Numbered from the stretch's first letter, positions 9,684 through 19,923 are shown. The stretch: DNA of 64,000 nt from Myxococcales bacterium (GCA_047601445.1 JASGJH010000001.1:5457620-5521619), one strand, 5' to 3'. The notes: a model not told the origin generated them from the letters alone. Program-made: numbers and translations.

Positions 9684-10484
9684 TCAGGTACCGAACAAGT
9701 CTTTCACGTCTCGGAAGGCCGTCTGGTCGGGGGGCCCGTCGGCGAACAGGTAGTGCCCGACGCTGTCAGGGGTGAGCGCCACGATCGTGGAGGAGCGAGT
9801 GCCGTAGGCTGGCGTGCGGACGCACACAGCCGACAGAAGCTGCAGCGTGGGCCGATCGAAGGGCGCATCGGGGGGCAACTCGGGTAACACGGAGAGCGGG
9901 GCCGGCGTGCCGTCCGAGAGCAACCCGATCAAGCGCTGCGCGAGCTCATCCCAGGCCAAGCTCTCCATGTCCGTGAGCCCTGCGAGCACCTCTTTGGCGC
10001 GCCCGACCTTCCAGAAGTCCGACGAATCCAGGCGGTCATTGGGCAGCACGTGCACCCCGCGCGGCACCGGCTCCACCTCGATCTCGCGCTGGTCGTCCCG
10101 ACCGTACGCCGCGAACAAGTCGCCAGCGCGCCCGAACATCAAGTTGAAGCTGTTGAAGTCACGCCCGTCGAGGCCAGCCAGCAAACCACGGATCGCCCGC
10201 GCGTTCTCGCGTTCAAGCGCGTGCACCACGAGCTCACCACGTGAGCGCTTGCTCGGATCCGGTGCGCGCAGCGTGCGCTGGTTGGTGACGCCCACGAACA
10301 GGCCCTCGCGCGTGACCCCCATCCAGGTCCCAAGCGCCTTGAGGTCGCGACCACCCACGGTGACGGGCTGCTCCAAGATGCGCATCGGACCTGCGCTGGG
10401 ACGAGCGAAGAACTCGTCGCGGTTGGTCGCGAGCACGAGCGGGAAATCCGAGCGCACGCCATGCAGCGCCACGATGGTGCACAT
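9684..10484 (-). CDS. NRDE-family protein (TANGO2/DUF833 homologue)
   Basis: N-terminal MCTIVALHG...LVLATNRDEFFARP carries the family-defining NRDE motif. Length about 266 aa. Confidence 0.7.
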   Translation of the reverse strand: MCTIVALHGVRSDFPLVLATNRDEFFARPSAGPMRILEQPVTVGGRDLKALGTWMGVTREGLFVGVTNQRTLRAPDPSKRSRGELVVHALERENARAIRGLLAGLDGRDFNSFNLMFGRAGDLFAAYGRDDQREIEVEPVPRGVHVLPNDRLDSSDFWKVGRAKEVLAGLTDMESLAWDELAQRLIGLLSDGTPAPLSVLPELPPDAPFDRPTLQLLSAVCVRTPAYGTRSSTIVALTPDSVGHYLFADGPPDQTAFRDVKDLFGT

Positions 10485-10502
10485 GGCTCGAGTGTAGGCG
10501 CG

Positions 10503-11138
10503 CTATTCGGTGCCTTCTACCCGGGCGCGCAGCTTGTAGAGCGTGTGGTAGGGCAAGTCGCGGGCGCCCAGCTTGGCCAGCCACTTGGGAATGCGACCAC
10601 CGATGTCTGCCTCCACCTCGTAGAGCACCTTCACCTTGGCGGGCTCCACCTGCCACATCTTGAGTGAGCCCTGCATACGCGGCATGCGCACCACGTGCTC
10701 GGGCACGGCCCGCAGATCCGACTTCACGCCCACGAAGGTGATCGCGAGCGACTTCTTGTCCTCCGCCCAGGTGAGTGCAGTGTCGGCGATCACGTCGCGG
10801 TCCCACACCGGCCAGACGCCGCGAATGCGGTTGTACATGAGGGCGCGCGTGGGGCTCAGCTCCTTGAGCAAGGAGGACTCACGGCACAGGTACATCCAGT
10901 CCGTGTGGTGCTTGTAGTCCATCACCGGTTTCAGCACGTCCTCGAGGGTCCCCTTGATGTGGGTCTGCCCGCGAAAGGCCGGCATGTCGCCGTCGAGCTC
11001 TTTCTTCCAGGTGTGGATCCCATCGTCTTCTTCGATGTACTCCCACTGGCTGGTGCCCGTGGCGAGCGCGGGGAACGCGACCCCCAACAACAACAGCGCT
11101 GCGATGCCAAAGCGCGCCCAAGTCCGTGACGTCTTCAT
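10503..11138 (-). CDS. START/SRPBCC lipid-binding domain protein with signal peptide
   Basis: Signal peptide MKTSRTWARFGIAALLLLGVAFPALA. Body resembles StAR-related lipid-transfer (START) domains (WKKELDG..., WDRDVI..., KMWQVEP...). Confidence 0.55.
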   Translation of the reverse strand: MKTSRTWARFGIAALLLLGVAFPALATGTSQWEYIEEDDGIHTWKKELDGDMPAFRGQTHIKGTLEDVLKPVMDYKHHTDWMYLCRESSLLKELSPTRALMYNRIRGVWPVWDRDVIADTALTWAEDKKSLAITFVGVKSDLRAVPEHVVRMPRMQGSLKMWQVEPAKVKVLYEVEADIGGRIPKWLAKLGARDLPYHTLYKLRARVEGTE

Positions 11139-11288
11139 GGGCGGCAGACTGCGCTGGGAGGGCCTCGTCAGGCAACGGGGACTGGGCTGACAAACCAGTA
11201 CTTTCTTTGGCCACTGCAGCCCGAGTTGCCGTGATTCTGTAATTTTCCATGCCCTGACGGCGAACCGGGCCGTGGACCGGTCCCCTGC

Positions 11289-14200
11289 CTAGGCGCCCTG
11301 TTCTGAGGCCTGCGGGGCGCTGGCGACGGCCGCGGGTTCGCGCCTCGTCACTAGCAGGCGCAGCAGCACCGGCAGCACCACCAGCGAGAGCACGGTGGAG
11401 GAGAGGATGCCGCCGATCACCACGGTGGCGAGCGGGCGCTGCACCTCGGCGCCGGCCCGGGTGGAGATGGCCATGGGGAAGAAGCCGATAGCCGCCACCA
11501 GCGCGGTGGTGATCACGGGCCGCAGCACCGACAGCGCACCCTCGAAGAGCGCCTGAGCCTGATCGGCCGAGAGCGCGAGACGTCGCTTCACCTCGCTCGC
11601 CATCACCACGCCGTTGAGCACCGCCACACCGGCCACCGCGATGAAGCCCACCGCCGCCGGGATGGAGAACGGCAACTCGCGCACGAACAGCGAGAGCACG
11701 CCGCCGATCAACGCGAACGGAGCCCCCGCGAAGACCGCCGCCGCATAGCGCAGGCTGCCGAACATCAGGAACAACATGCCGAAGATCACACCGAGGGCCA
11801 CGGGCACCACCAGGCCGAGCCGGGCGCTCGCACGCTCGAAGTTCTCGAACTGTCCGCCCCACACCAGGTGCATGTCCTTGGGCACGGCCAGCGCCGCCAC
11901 CGCGGCCTTGGCATCGGCCACGTAGCTCACCAGATCGCGCCCGCGCACGTTGATCTCCACCACGACGCGACGCTCGAGCGCCTCGCGGTTGATCACGGCA
12001 GGCCCCTCGGCCTCCTTGATGTCGGCCACCAAGTTGAGCGGAATGGGATGCCCCTGCGCGCTGCCCACGGGCAGGCTCCCCAGCGCATCCGTCGAGCCAT
12101 CGGGCGGAGGCATGCGCAGGCGCAGCTCGAAGCGACGTTGCCCCTCGAACACCAGGCCCGCGGGCCGGCCTACGCGCGCGGCCTCCACCACGTCGAGCAC
12201 CTCCTCGGCGGTGATCCCGTAGCGCGCCAGGCGATCGCGGTCCGGTTTGACCTCGAGCAGCGGCAAGCCGAGCACGCGCTGCACGCGTAGGTCGCCCGTG
12301 CCGGGCACGTTCTTGATGGCACGTCCGATGCGGTCGGCGAAGGCCTTGAGGCGCACCAGATCGGGGCCGAATACCTTGATCACCAGGTCGCCCTTGGAGC
12401 CGGCGAGCAGCTGATTCACACGATCTTCGATGGGCTGCGAGACCGCCACGAAGGTGGCCGGCACCTCGGCCTCCACCTTGAGCTTGATGGCTTCTCCGAG
12501 GCCGTCGAGATCATGGGCCGTGACCCACTCTTCCTTGGGTTTGAGCTTGACGCGCAGGTCGGACTCGTCGGGCCCGACCGGATCGGTGGGCACCTCGGGG
12601 CGCCCCGTGCGCGAGACCACCGAGAGCACTTCGGGAAAACCCTTGAGCACCTGTTCCATTTGGGTGTTGAGCTGTTGCGCCGCGCCGATCGACACCGAGG
12701 GCAAGCGCCGTGTATCGATGGCCAGTTCGCCTTCTTCGAGGCGTGGCACGAACTCAGCGCCGAGCGAACCCGCGCACACGAAGGTGAGCACCAGCGCAGA
12801 GGTCGCGCCCGCCAAGGTGAGCTGCGGACGGGCCAGCACCAGCCCGAGCACGCGCCCGTAGACGCGACGCAACCAACCGAAGAAGCCGGCGTGCTCATCG
12901 TGGGCGTGCTTGGGAGACGCGAGTACGTAGGCCGCGAGCGCCGGGAAGGCCGTGAGCGAGAACGCGAGCGCGCCGAACAGGGCCAAGGCCACGGTGATCG
13001 CCATCGGACGGAACATGCGCCCCTCGACCCCCTCGAGCGCCATCAAGGGCAGGTACACCATCAGGATGATGGCGAGCGCGAAGGTCACCGGGCGGGCTGC
13101 GCGACGCATGGCTTCGGAGACCACCTGGGCGACGTCCTCGCGCTTCTGCACGTGCTTGATGGCGAGTGCGGCGAGCGTGGTCTCGAGCATGACGATGGCG
13201 CCGTCGACTAGCAGGCCGAAGTCGATGGCACCGAGCGACATCAAGTTTCCGGTGACCTTGAGGCGCACCATGCCGATCAACGCGATGCCCATGGAGAGCG
13301 GGATCGCCAGCGCCGCGATCAGGGAGCCGCGAAAGCTCCCCAGGGTCAAGAACAGCACCACCACCACGAGCAGCGCGCCTTCGGCCAGGTTGATGGCCAC
13401 GGTCTCGAGCATGCGCCCGATGAACTCGGCGCGATCGTAGAACGCGTGGATCTCTACTCCCTCGGGCAGCTCGTGCTGAATCGCCTCCAGGCGCTGCTTC
13501 ACCGAGGCCACCACCTCGCGCGAGTTGGCGCCGATCAACATCATCACGGTGCCGGTGACGATCTCGCCCTCGTCGAGCTTGGTCACCGTGCCGAAGCGCA
13601 GGGCCGGTCCGAGCTGCGCCGAGCCCAAATGCCGCAACAGCACGGGGGATCCGCGGCGATCCACGGTGACCACCGTCTTCTCGATATCCGAGAGGCTCTT
13701 GAACTGCGCGTCTCCGCGGATGGTGTAGCTCTCCTGGCCCTTCTCGATGTAGCCCGCGCCGAGCGCCAGGTTGTTGCGCTGCAGAGCCGAGAGCACCTGG
13801 CTCAGCGTGAGCTCGTGGGCCATCAAGCGCCCTGGGTCGAGCACCACCTGGTATTGCTTGGCCTCGCCCCCCATGGCGTTCACTTCGATCACGCCGGGCA
13901 CCGAGCGCAGCTTGTAAGCCACGACCCAGTCGAGCAGCGTGCGCAGCTCCATCGGCGTGTGGCGATCGGAGCTCAGGTAGAACTCGTAGATCTGCCCGAG
14001 CCCCGTGGACACGGGCGCCAGCTCGGGGCGGCCGTAGACGTCGGGGATGTCGGCCTCGGCGAGCTTGAGACGCTCGGAGATCAACTGGCGCGCGAACCAC
14101 ACGTCCGTCTCGTCGTCGAACACCACCGTGACCACCGAGACGCCGGTGCGGCTGATGGAGCGAATCTCGGTGACGTGGGGTACGCCATTCACGGCCGCTT

Positions 14201-14408
14201 CCACGGGATAGGTCAGGTACTGCTCGACCTCGATGGGCGAGAGGCCCGCGCCCGAGGTGAGGATCTGCACCTGCGTGTTGGTCACGTCCGGGACGGCGTC
14301 CACCGAGAGCTTGCGCAGCGCGAACACGCTGGCGACGGCGACCAGGGCCCAAGCCACGAGCACCCCACCTCGGCGGCGCACGGAGAAGTCGACCAAGCTT
14401 TCGAGCAT
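11289..14408 (-). CDS. CusA/CzcA-family heavy-metal efflux RND permease
   Basis: N-terminus MLESLVDFSVRRRGGVLVAWALVAVASVFALRKLSVDAVPDVTNTQVQIL is the HME-RND signature. About 1040 aa with the 12-TM architecture. Start at 14408 (cat 14406-14408) inferred from the family N-terminus. Confidence 0.9.
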   Translation of the reverse strand: MLESLVDFSVRRRGGVLVAWALVAVASVFALRKLSVDAVPDVTNTQVQILTSGAGLSPIEVEQYLTYPVEAAVNGVPHVTEIRSISRTGVSVVTVVFDDETDVWFARQLISERLKLAEADIPDVYGRPELAPVSTGLGQIYEFYLSSDRHTPMELRTLLDWVVAYKLRSVPGVIEVNAMGGEAKQYQVVLDPGRLMAHELTLSQVLSALQRNNLALGAGYIEKGQESYTIRGDAQFKSLSDIEKTVVTVDRRGSPVLLRHLGSAQLGPALRFGTVTKLDEGEIVTGTVMMLIGANSREVVASVKQRLEAIQHELPEGVEIHAFYDRAEFIGRMLETVAINLAEGALLVVVVLFLTLGSFRGSLIAALAIPLSMGIALIGMVRLKVTGNLMSLGAIDFGLLVDGAIVMLETTLAALAIKHVQKREDVAQVVSEAMRRAARPVTFALAIILMVYLPLMALEGVEGRMFRPMAITVALALFGALAFSLTAFPALAAYVLASPKHAHDEHAGFFGWLRRVYGRVLGLVLARPQLTLAGATSALVLTFVCAGSLGAEFVPRLEEGELAIDTRRLPSVSIGAAQQLNTQMEQVLKGFPEVLSVVSRTGRPEVPTDPVGPDESDLRVKLKPKEEWVTAHDLDGLGEAIKLKVEAEVPATFVAVSQPIEDRVNQLLAGSKGDLVIKVFGPDLVRLKAFADRIGRAIKNVPGTGDLRVQRVLGLPLLEVKPDRDRLARYGITAEEVLDVVEAARVGRPAGLVFEGQRRFELRLRMPPPDGSTDALGSLPVGSAQGHPIPLNLVADIKEAEGPAVINREALERRVVVEINVRGRDLVSYVADAKAAVAALAVPKDMHLVWGGQFENFERASARLGLVVPVALGVIFGMLFLMFGSLRYAAAVFAGAPFALIGGVLSLFVRELPFSIPAAVGFIAVAGVAVLNGVVMASEVKRRLALSADQAQALFEGALSVLRPVITTALVAAIGFFPMAISTRAGAEVQRPLATVVIGGILSSTVLSLVVLPVLLRLLVTRREPAAVASAPQASEQGA

Positions 14409-14519
14409 TCCAAGCTTTGTTACCCGAAGCCACACGCACCGGCCTTACCTGGAGATTAAGACTTCGTAATAATTCAAAACCGCCCGGGACCAGCGCAGGC
14501 GCGCTATGTTCGCCGAGTC

Positions 14520-15188
14520 GTGAAACTCCTGGTCGCCGAGGACGACCGCAAGTTGGCCAGCTTCTTGCGCCGCGTCTTTTTGGAAGAGGGCTACGTGGTG
14601 GACACCTGCGCGAGCGGGTTGGACGCCGTGACCCAGGCCAAGAGCGGGATCTACGACCTGCTCGTGCTCGACTGGATGCTGCCCGGCCTGGACGGCCTCG
14701 AGGTGTGTCGGCGCCTACGCGAGGGCGGAGCCACGCTGCCCATCCTCATGCTCACGGCGCGCGGCGAGGTCAGCGAGCGGGTGCTGGGGCTCTCGGCGGG
14801 TGCCGACGACTACCTGCTCAAGCCCTTCGAGGTGGAAGAGCTCCTGGCCCGCGTGAAGGCCCTGCTACGGCGCGCCACGGGCCACGGTCGCCTGCAGGTC
14901 GGCCCCTTGCTGATCGACCAGGTGCAGCGACGCGTGAGCGCCGACGGTGAGGTCCTGCAGCTCACCCAGCGCGAGTTCACGCTGCTGCTTCACCTGGTGC
15001 ACCAGCGGCATCGCGTGGTGAGCCGCTCGGAGCTGTGGAGCGCGGTGTGGTCGCTGCAGTTCGACCCCGAGTCCAACATCGTCGAGGCCCACATGAGCCG
15101 GCTGCGCACCAAGCTCGGGCGACACGCCTGGATGATCGACACCGTGCGCGGTCGTGGCTACAAGCTGCGGTCGGAGCCCGAGTCATGA
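14520..15188 (+). CDS. OmpR-family response regulator (CusR/CopR-like)
   Basis: REC domain (LLVLDWMLPGLDG) plus winged-helix output domain. GTG start. Divergent from the RND pump. Confidence 0.85.
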   Translation: MKLLVAEDDRKLASFLRRVFLEEGYVVDTCASGLDAVTQAKSGIYDLLVLDWMLPGLDGLEVCRRLREGGATLPILMLTARGEVSERVLGLSAGADDYLLKPFEVEELLARVKALLRRATGHGRLQVGPLLIDQVQRRVSADGEVLQLTQREFTLLLHLVHQRHRVVSRSELWSAVWSLQFDPESNIVEAHMSRLRTKLGRHAWMIDTVRGRGYKLRSEPES

Positions 15189-16570
15189 GACGCAGGCGCC
15201 GCCTGGTGGCCTCCATCGCCAGCTTCAGCTTGGTTGGGTTGGGAGGCGCGTTCGTCGCCGTGTGGCTCTCGAACACCCACCTGCAAGAACGCCAGCTCGA
15301 CCAAGCGCTCTTGCACGAAGCGCGCGAGGAGGCCCGCGAGGTGGGCATGGCGGGCGGCACCCGTCTGATGATCAGCGCGCGCCCGGGTCCCCAGGCAAAC
15401 GACGTGGGCCCACTGACCAAGTACGCGGCCCTGTACGCCGCGAACGGTAAGGTGCTGGCCCAGACAGGCAGCTTCGAGGGCGACGCTCCGCTGCGTCCCG
15501 AGTCCAAGGCGCTGCGCCTCGCGCGACCCTTCAACATGTGGCACCGCGCCGAACACCTGCGCGCCGTGTGGGCCGAAGTCCCCACGCGCAAGGGCCTCCT
15601 GCTGCTTTTGGCCGCGCCGCGCACGGACCTCGACGGCGACGAGGCGTTCTTGGGCCGTGCCATGCTGCTCGCCTTCGGAGTCGCCTTCGCCTGGGCCCTG
15701 GCCGTGTCGGCTTGGCTGGTCGGACGCTTCACGCGCGGCTACGAACTGGTGGCCAACGTGGCCCACACGGTGGCACTGGGAGATCTCAGCGCGCGCGTAC
15801 CGGCCTCGGACCAGGACACCGAGCTGGAGCAGCTGGCGCGCGACGTGAACCAAATGATCGAACGCCTGGGCTCGTTGCTCTCCTCGCATCAACACTTCAT
15901 CGCCCACGCGGCGCACGAGCTGCGCTCGCCTTTGACGGCGCTCTACGGCGAGCTCTCGCATGCGTTGCGCCGCGAGCGCGACGCCGACACCTACCGCGTG
16001 ATGATCGCCGAAGCCCTGGAGTCGACCCAGCGACTGCGCACGCTGGCCGAGGACCTGCTCGCCCTGGCACGCATGTCCAGCGATGCCGACCCCGAACCCA
16101 AGAGCCCGCTCCGCCTCGACGAGCTGCTCGCCCGCGTGTCGCTCACCGTCCGCAATGAAGCCGACGCCAAGAACGTTCAGCTCGAGCTCCACACGCAACC
16201 AGCATGCGTCGTTGGGCGCGCCCTCGATCTCGAACGGCTCTTTCGCAACCTGTTCGAGAACGCCATCCAGCACGCACCGAGCGGCACCCATGTGCAGGTG
16301 GAGCTCGCGCGGGGGTCCCAGCACCTGGTGCGCATCGAGAACCAGGGGCCGGCCATTCCGGACGCCGATCTCGAGCGCCTGTTCGAGCCCTTCGTGCGTG
16401 GCGCCAACGAAAACGCCGAGGGCCGCAGCGGATCCGGACTCGGGCTCGCGATCGCGCGCCGCATCGCGCTCAACCATGGCGGAAAGCTCGCGCTGAGCCC
16501 CGGACGCCCTACCGGCGTGGAGCTCACGGTGAACCTGCCTAAGTCACAAGGCGAGCCCCCCTCCAGCTGA
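15185..16570 (+). CDS. Sensor histidine kinase (CusS/CopS-like), cognate of the preceding regulator
   Basis: ATG at 15185 overlaps the regulator stop (ATGA). Two TM segments, HAMP, HisKA (HELRSPLTALYGEL), HATPase_c (GSGLGLAIARRIA). Confidence 0.85.
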   Translation: MRRRRRLVASIASFSLVGLGGAFVAVWLSNTHLQERQLDQALLHEAREEAREVGMAGGTRLMISARPGPQANDVGPLTKYAALYAANGKVLAQTGSFEGDAPLRPESKALRLARPFNMWHRAEHLRAVWAEVPTRKGLLLLLAAPRTDLDGDEAFLGRAMLLAFGVAFAWALAVSAWLVGRFTRGYELVANVAHTVALGDLSARVPASDQDTELEQLARDVNQMIERLGSLLSSHQHFIAHAAHELRSPLTALYGELSHALRRERDADTYRVMIAEALESTQRLRTLAEDLLALARMSSDADPEPKSPLRLDELLARVSLTVRNEADAKNVQLELHTQPACVVGRALDLERLFRNLFENAIQHAPSGTHVQVELARGSQHLVRIENQGPAIPDADLERLFEPFVRGANENAEGRSGSGLGLAIARRIALNHGGKLALSPGRPTGVELTVNLPKSQGEPPSS

Positions 16571-16590
16571 ACGGCGGGGGCTGCGGTCCG

Positions 16591-17988
16591 TCAGCCGCCG
16601 TTGGGCACACGCACCCCCGCGGGGTGCGTCTCGGGCGAGAGCAGCGTGATCAACGGCGACGTCGCGAAAGTGGTCACCAGGGCCATCACCACCATCATGG
16701 CGAACAGGGCAGGGCTGATCACGCCGAGGTCGAGGCCGATGTTGAGCGCGACCAGCTCCACCAAACCACGCGTGTTCATCAGCGCGCCGAGGCTCCACGC
16801 ATCGCGCCGCGAGACCCCCGTGAGCCGCGCCGCCACCACGGTGCCTCCGATCTTGCCCGCGCAGGCCACCAGCACGATGGCTGCACACATCCACCAGCCC
16901 TCCGCCCCCGACACCAAGCTGAGCTGTGTACGCAGACCCGTGAACGCAAAGAACGCCGGCAACAGGAGAACCACCGCCAAATCCTCGAGGCGCTGCTTCA
17001 TGGTGCGAGCGAGCAAGGAATCGGCCGGCACGAGGGCGCCCATCAAGAAGGCGCCGAAGATGGCGTGGATGCCGATGGCCTCCGCGATCAACGCACACAC
17101 CACCACGCCCACCAGCATCAGCGCGATGGCATCGCGACTCACACTCTGCTTCACCTCTTGAGCGCGCACGAAGCGCTGCATCAAGGGCCTGCCCACCATG
17201 AACATGAAGACCATGAACGCCACGGTGAGCCCCACGGTGATGGCCGCCGCTTGCGGATTGGACTCAGCGATGCCCACGACCAGCGCCAACAAACACCAGG
17301 CGGTGGCGTCGTCTACCGCGGCGCAGCTCAGGGCCAGCACTCCCAGGTGCGTGCGGTGCATCTCGCGATCGGTGAGGATGCGGGCCAGCACCGGGAAGGC
17401 GGTGATCGACATGGCGACGCCCATGAACAACCCGAACACGTCGAAGGGAACTCCGGCCGGCGCGAGCGTGGGGTAGAGCCAGAGCGCGAGCGCGCCGCCG
17501 AGCAGCATGGGGGCGAGGATGCTGGCGTGAGAGATGGCGAGGGCCGCCTCCCCTTTCTTGCCGAGCTGCTTGGTGTCGAGGTCCAAGCCCACCAGGAACA
17601 TGAAGACGATCACGCCGATCTGGGCGAGAACACCGATGAGCGGCACCACGGCCGGGGGGAACAAGAAGCTGCTCGCCTCGGGCGCGATGCGTCCCAGAAG
17701 GGAAGGCCCGAGGGCGATGCCGGCCACCACTTCGCCGATCACCGCCGGCTGGTGGAAGTAGCGGAACAGCATGCCGACCAGGCGCGACGCCACGATCACC
17801 ACGACCAGCGCGAGCAACACATGGAAGAGCGTCCCGCCATGCAGGGCTGGACCGCCCTTCGGTGCGCCGACCAAGGTCGAAGGCGTGAGCTCGGAGCCCA
17901 GCGAGCGAATCCAGTACAGGAGTGCTCCCGAAAGGGAGAGCATCAACCCGTAAGCGACCATTCCCTTTGTTGAACGCTTGGTTGCCAT
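16591..17988 (-). CDS. CPA2-family cation/proton antiporter (Kef/NapA-type)
   Basis: Polytopic membrane protein. Conserved CPA2 blocks (GEVVAGIALGPSLLG, LFMFLVGLDLD, IPHLLGFGLLG-like). Start chosen at the MATKR Met; 18045 is the ORF maximum. Confidence 0.7.
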   Translation of the reverse strand: MATKRSTKGMVAYGLMLSLSGALLYWIRSLGSELTPSTLVGAPKGGPALHGGTLFHVLLALVVVIVASRLVGMLFRYFHQPAVIGEVVAGIALGPSLLGRIAPEASSFLFPPAVVPLIGVLAQIGVIVFMFLVGLDLDTKQLGKKGEAALAISHASILAPMLLGGALALWLYPTLAPAGVPFDVFGLFMGVAMSITAFPVLARILTDREMHRTHLGVLALSCAAVDDATAWCLLALVVGIAESNPQAAAITVGLTVAFMVFMFMVGRPLMQRFVRAQEVKQSVSRDAIALMLVGVVVCALIAEAIGIHAIFGAFLMGALVPADSLLARTMKQRLEDLAVVLLLPAFFAFTGLRTQLSLVSGAEGWWMCAAIVLVACAGKIGGTVVAARLTGVSRRDAWSLGALMNTRGLVELVALNIGLDLGVISPALFAMMVVMALVTTFATSPLITLLSPETHPAGVRVPNGG

Positions 17989-18117
17989 GAGGACCTGCCA
18001 AAGGTGTCTCCGGCCATGGTCCCTGTCGAGGAGCAGCGTGAGCAAGCGTTGGATCTACACCGAAAATCCTGCAAGGATTGCGAGTGCGCGCGGTTTCGTG
18101 CGCGTGACCCAGAGGCC

Positions 18118-19473
18118 ATGCGAGCGCGGTCCACTCACCAGCGTGCAGTGCCTAGCGACGGTCTCCGCTCCCGCTGCAGCGAGGGCTGGCGGCTGTTGGC
18201 CTTCGCTTGCCTCGTGACGAGCATGTTGGCGAGCCAACGTGTCCGCGCCGGCAATGACGACAGCATCTTGGTCGGCACCGAGGCTGCACAGATGGCGGGC
18301 GCGATCACCGCGATCGTCTCCGACGGCGCCGCCGTCTACTACAACCCCTCAGGTCTCGCGAACACCAAGGCCGCCAGCCTGGACGCGAGCCTCTCCACCT
18401 ATGGCGTGCGCTTCATCGCCGTGAAGGACCTGCTCGAGGGGCCTCAGAACTCCGTGGGCGCCAAGTACACGGACTGGGTCGTGGTGCCGAGCTTGGTTTC
18501 CCACGTGTTGAAGCTGAGCGAGCGTTGGCGCTTCTCCTATGCGGTGATCGTGCCGCGCGTCCAGAACTACAGCGTGGAGGTCACGCTGCGCGCCCCCGAT
18601 GAAACGCGCTGGCAAGCGCTGCAACAGGAGCAGAGCCAGGAGATCGACATCGGCGCTGGCGTGGGTGGCTACGTGCTGGACAACTTGCGCTTTGGCGCCT
18701 CGCTGCTCGGCATCTACAACACCGACAACCTGATCTCGTCCGCCTTCGCCGGCAACCCCATGTATCCCAACATGGCGGTCTCGGCGCTCTCCCTCGTGAG
18801 CACCCACGACTACGGCTTGAGCGTGCGCACGGGCTTGCAGTGGGACGCGCTCCCGCAACTCGCGTTCGGCGTGATGGTGGTGTCGCCAAACCTGGTGGTG
18901 GTGCGTAACACCACGGACAACGGCTCGGTGTTCACCCCCGGGAACGCCGCAGGCGTGCCGCCAGTCCAAAACTTCGATCGCTCGTCGGATACGAGCGCAG
19001 CCTTCGACCTGAGCGGAGTGCCCCAAGTGCGCATGGGCGGGGCCTACCACTATGGGCCCGGGAGCGTGACGCTCGACTCGACCCTGAACTTCCCGCTCAA
19101 CAACCTCACCTACGAGGGCGACCGCAAGTTCTCCTGGAACCTGCGCGCAGGCATGCGCCACCGCTTGACCGACACCGTCTCCATCGGCTCCGGCCTATTC
19201 ACCGATCGCAACCCCTACCGCAAACACGGAGCCGACTTCTACGGATTCACGCTGGGTGCTTCCTTCGCCAAGGTCTTCGACCTGAGCAAGGGCGGCTCAC
19301 TCAGCGTCCTGACGAGCCTGAACGTCCGCTATGCCTACGGCTACGGCACCGCCACCGGCTCCAAGGTGCCCGCGCTCGAGAACGCAGTGGGAGGACTGAG
19401 CTTCGACGCGGTGAGCACAGGAGTGCGCATCAACGAGCTCGGAGTGAGCTTGGGCGCGGGGCTGAAGTACTAG
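18118..19473 (+). CDS. FadL/OmpP1-family outer-membrane beta-barrel transporter
   Basis: Long signal peptide (WRLLAFACLVTSMLASQRVRA). N-terminal NPSGL (the FadL NPAGL motif). Alternating beta-strand pattern and a C-terminal aromatic residue (GAGLKY). Start is uncertain; the ORF opens at 18004. Confidence 0.55.
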   Translation: MRARSTHQRAVPSDGLRSRCSEGWRLLAFACLVTSMLASQRVRAGNDDSILVGTEAAQMAGAITAIVSDGAAVYYNPSGLANTKAASLDASLSTYGVRFIAVKDLLEGPQNSVGAKYTDWVVVPSLVSHVLKLSERWRFSYAVIVPRVQNYSVEVTLRAPDETRWQALQQEQSQEIDIGAGVGGYVLDNLRFGASLLGIYNTDNLISSAFAGNPMYPNMAVSALSLVSTHDYGLSVRTGLQWDALPQLAFGVMVVSPNLVVVRNTTDNGSVFTPGNAAGVPPVQNFDRSSDTSAAFDLSGVPQVRMGGAYHYGPGSVTLDSTLNFPLNNLTYEGDRKFSWNLRAGMRHRLTDTVSIGSGLFTDRNPYRKHGADFYGFTLGASFAKVFDLSKGGSLSVLTSLNVRYAYGYGTATGSKVPALENAVGGLSFDAVSTGVRINELGVSLGAGLKY

Positions 19474-19923
19474 ACACGGGTGCTTCCGCGCGCTGCGAAT
19501 CCGCAGGAAGACGAACGCGACACACTACCTGGCGCTTGTACACCTGGCGCGCGCGCTGGTTGCCTAACGCCCAGCAACCCGAAGAAACCGATACCAGTTC
19601 TGATCGGGGCCGTGAGCGTGGCCCTGGCCGTTGGCGCTCCCGTGATGGTGGCCGCGCTCGTGAACCGGAACGACTTCGTGAAGGTGTTCGACACCGCCCG
19701 ATGCTCACGGGCGTGGATCACGGCCATGGCATCGTTCCCGCTCGCGAGCGCGGCCACGGCCACGGGTGCGACCAGGTCCACGGCCACGGCCGCGGCATCA
19801 CCGCGGCGGCTCACGTCACAGGTCTGATTGCCCGTTCCAAGCTAGATCCGGCTTTAAACCGAAGCGGCCGAGCGAGTTGCCCGGCCGTTCTCGACACTAC
19901 CTCACGCGCTTACGCGCGCGCCC

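Noticed and set aside
8841-9887. 348-aa plus-strand ORF
   Set aside because: Antisense to the secreted-protein gene 8607-9665 and running into the NRDE gene. Composition (RG-rich, no motifs) is typical of a shadow ORF.
12895-14439. 514-aa minus ORF in an alternate frame of cusA
   Set aside because: Same strand, different frame. Extremely Arg/Gly/Pro-rich. The in-frame CusA/CzcA reading has unmistakable family motifs.
15158-16477. 439-aa ORF antisense to the CusS-like kinase
   Set aside because: The opposite strand carries HisKA/HATPase motifs. This ORF has no motifs and a GC-skewed composition.
16624-17973. 449-aa plus ORF (His/Arg/Glu-rich)
   Set aside because: Antisense to the CPA2 antiporter, whose hydrophobic TM pattern is clear. 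The antisense frame is translated from GC-rich hydrophobic codons.
19880-19915. Possible terminator hairpin (cacgcgcttacgcgcgcg) after the repeat-lipoprotein stop
   Set aside because: GC-rich hairpin but no following U-tract on either strand. It cannot be called an intrinsic terminator from sequence alone.
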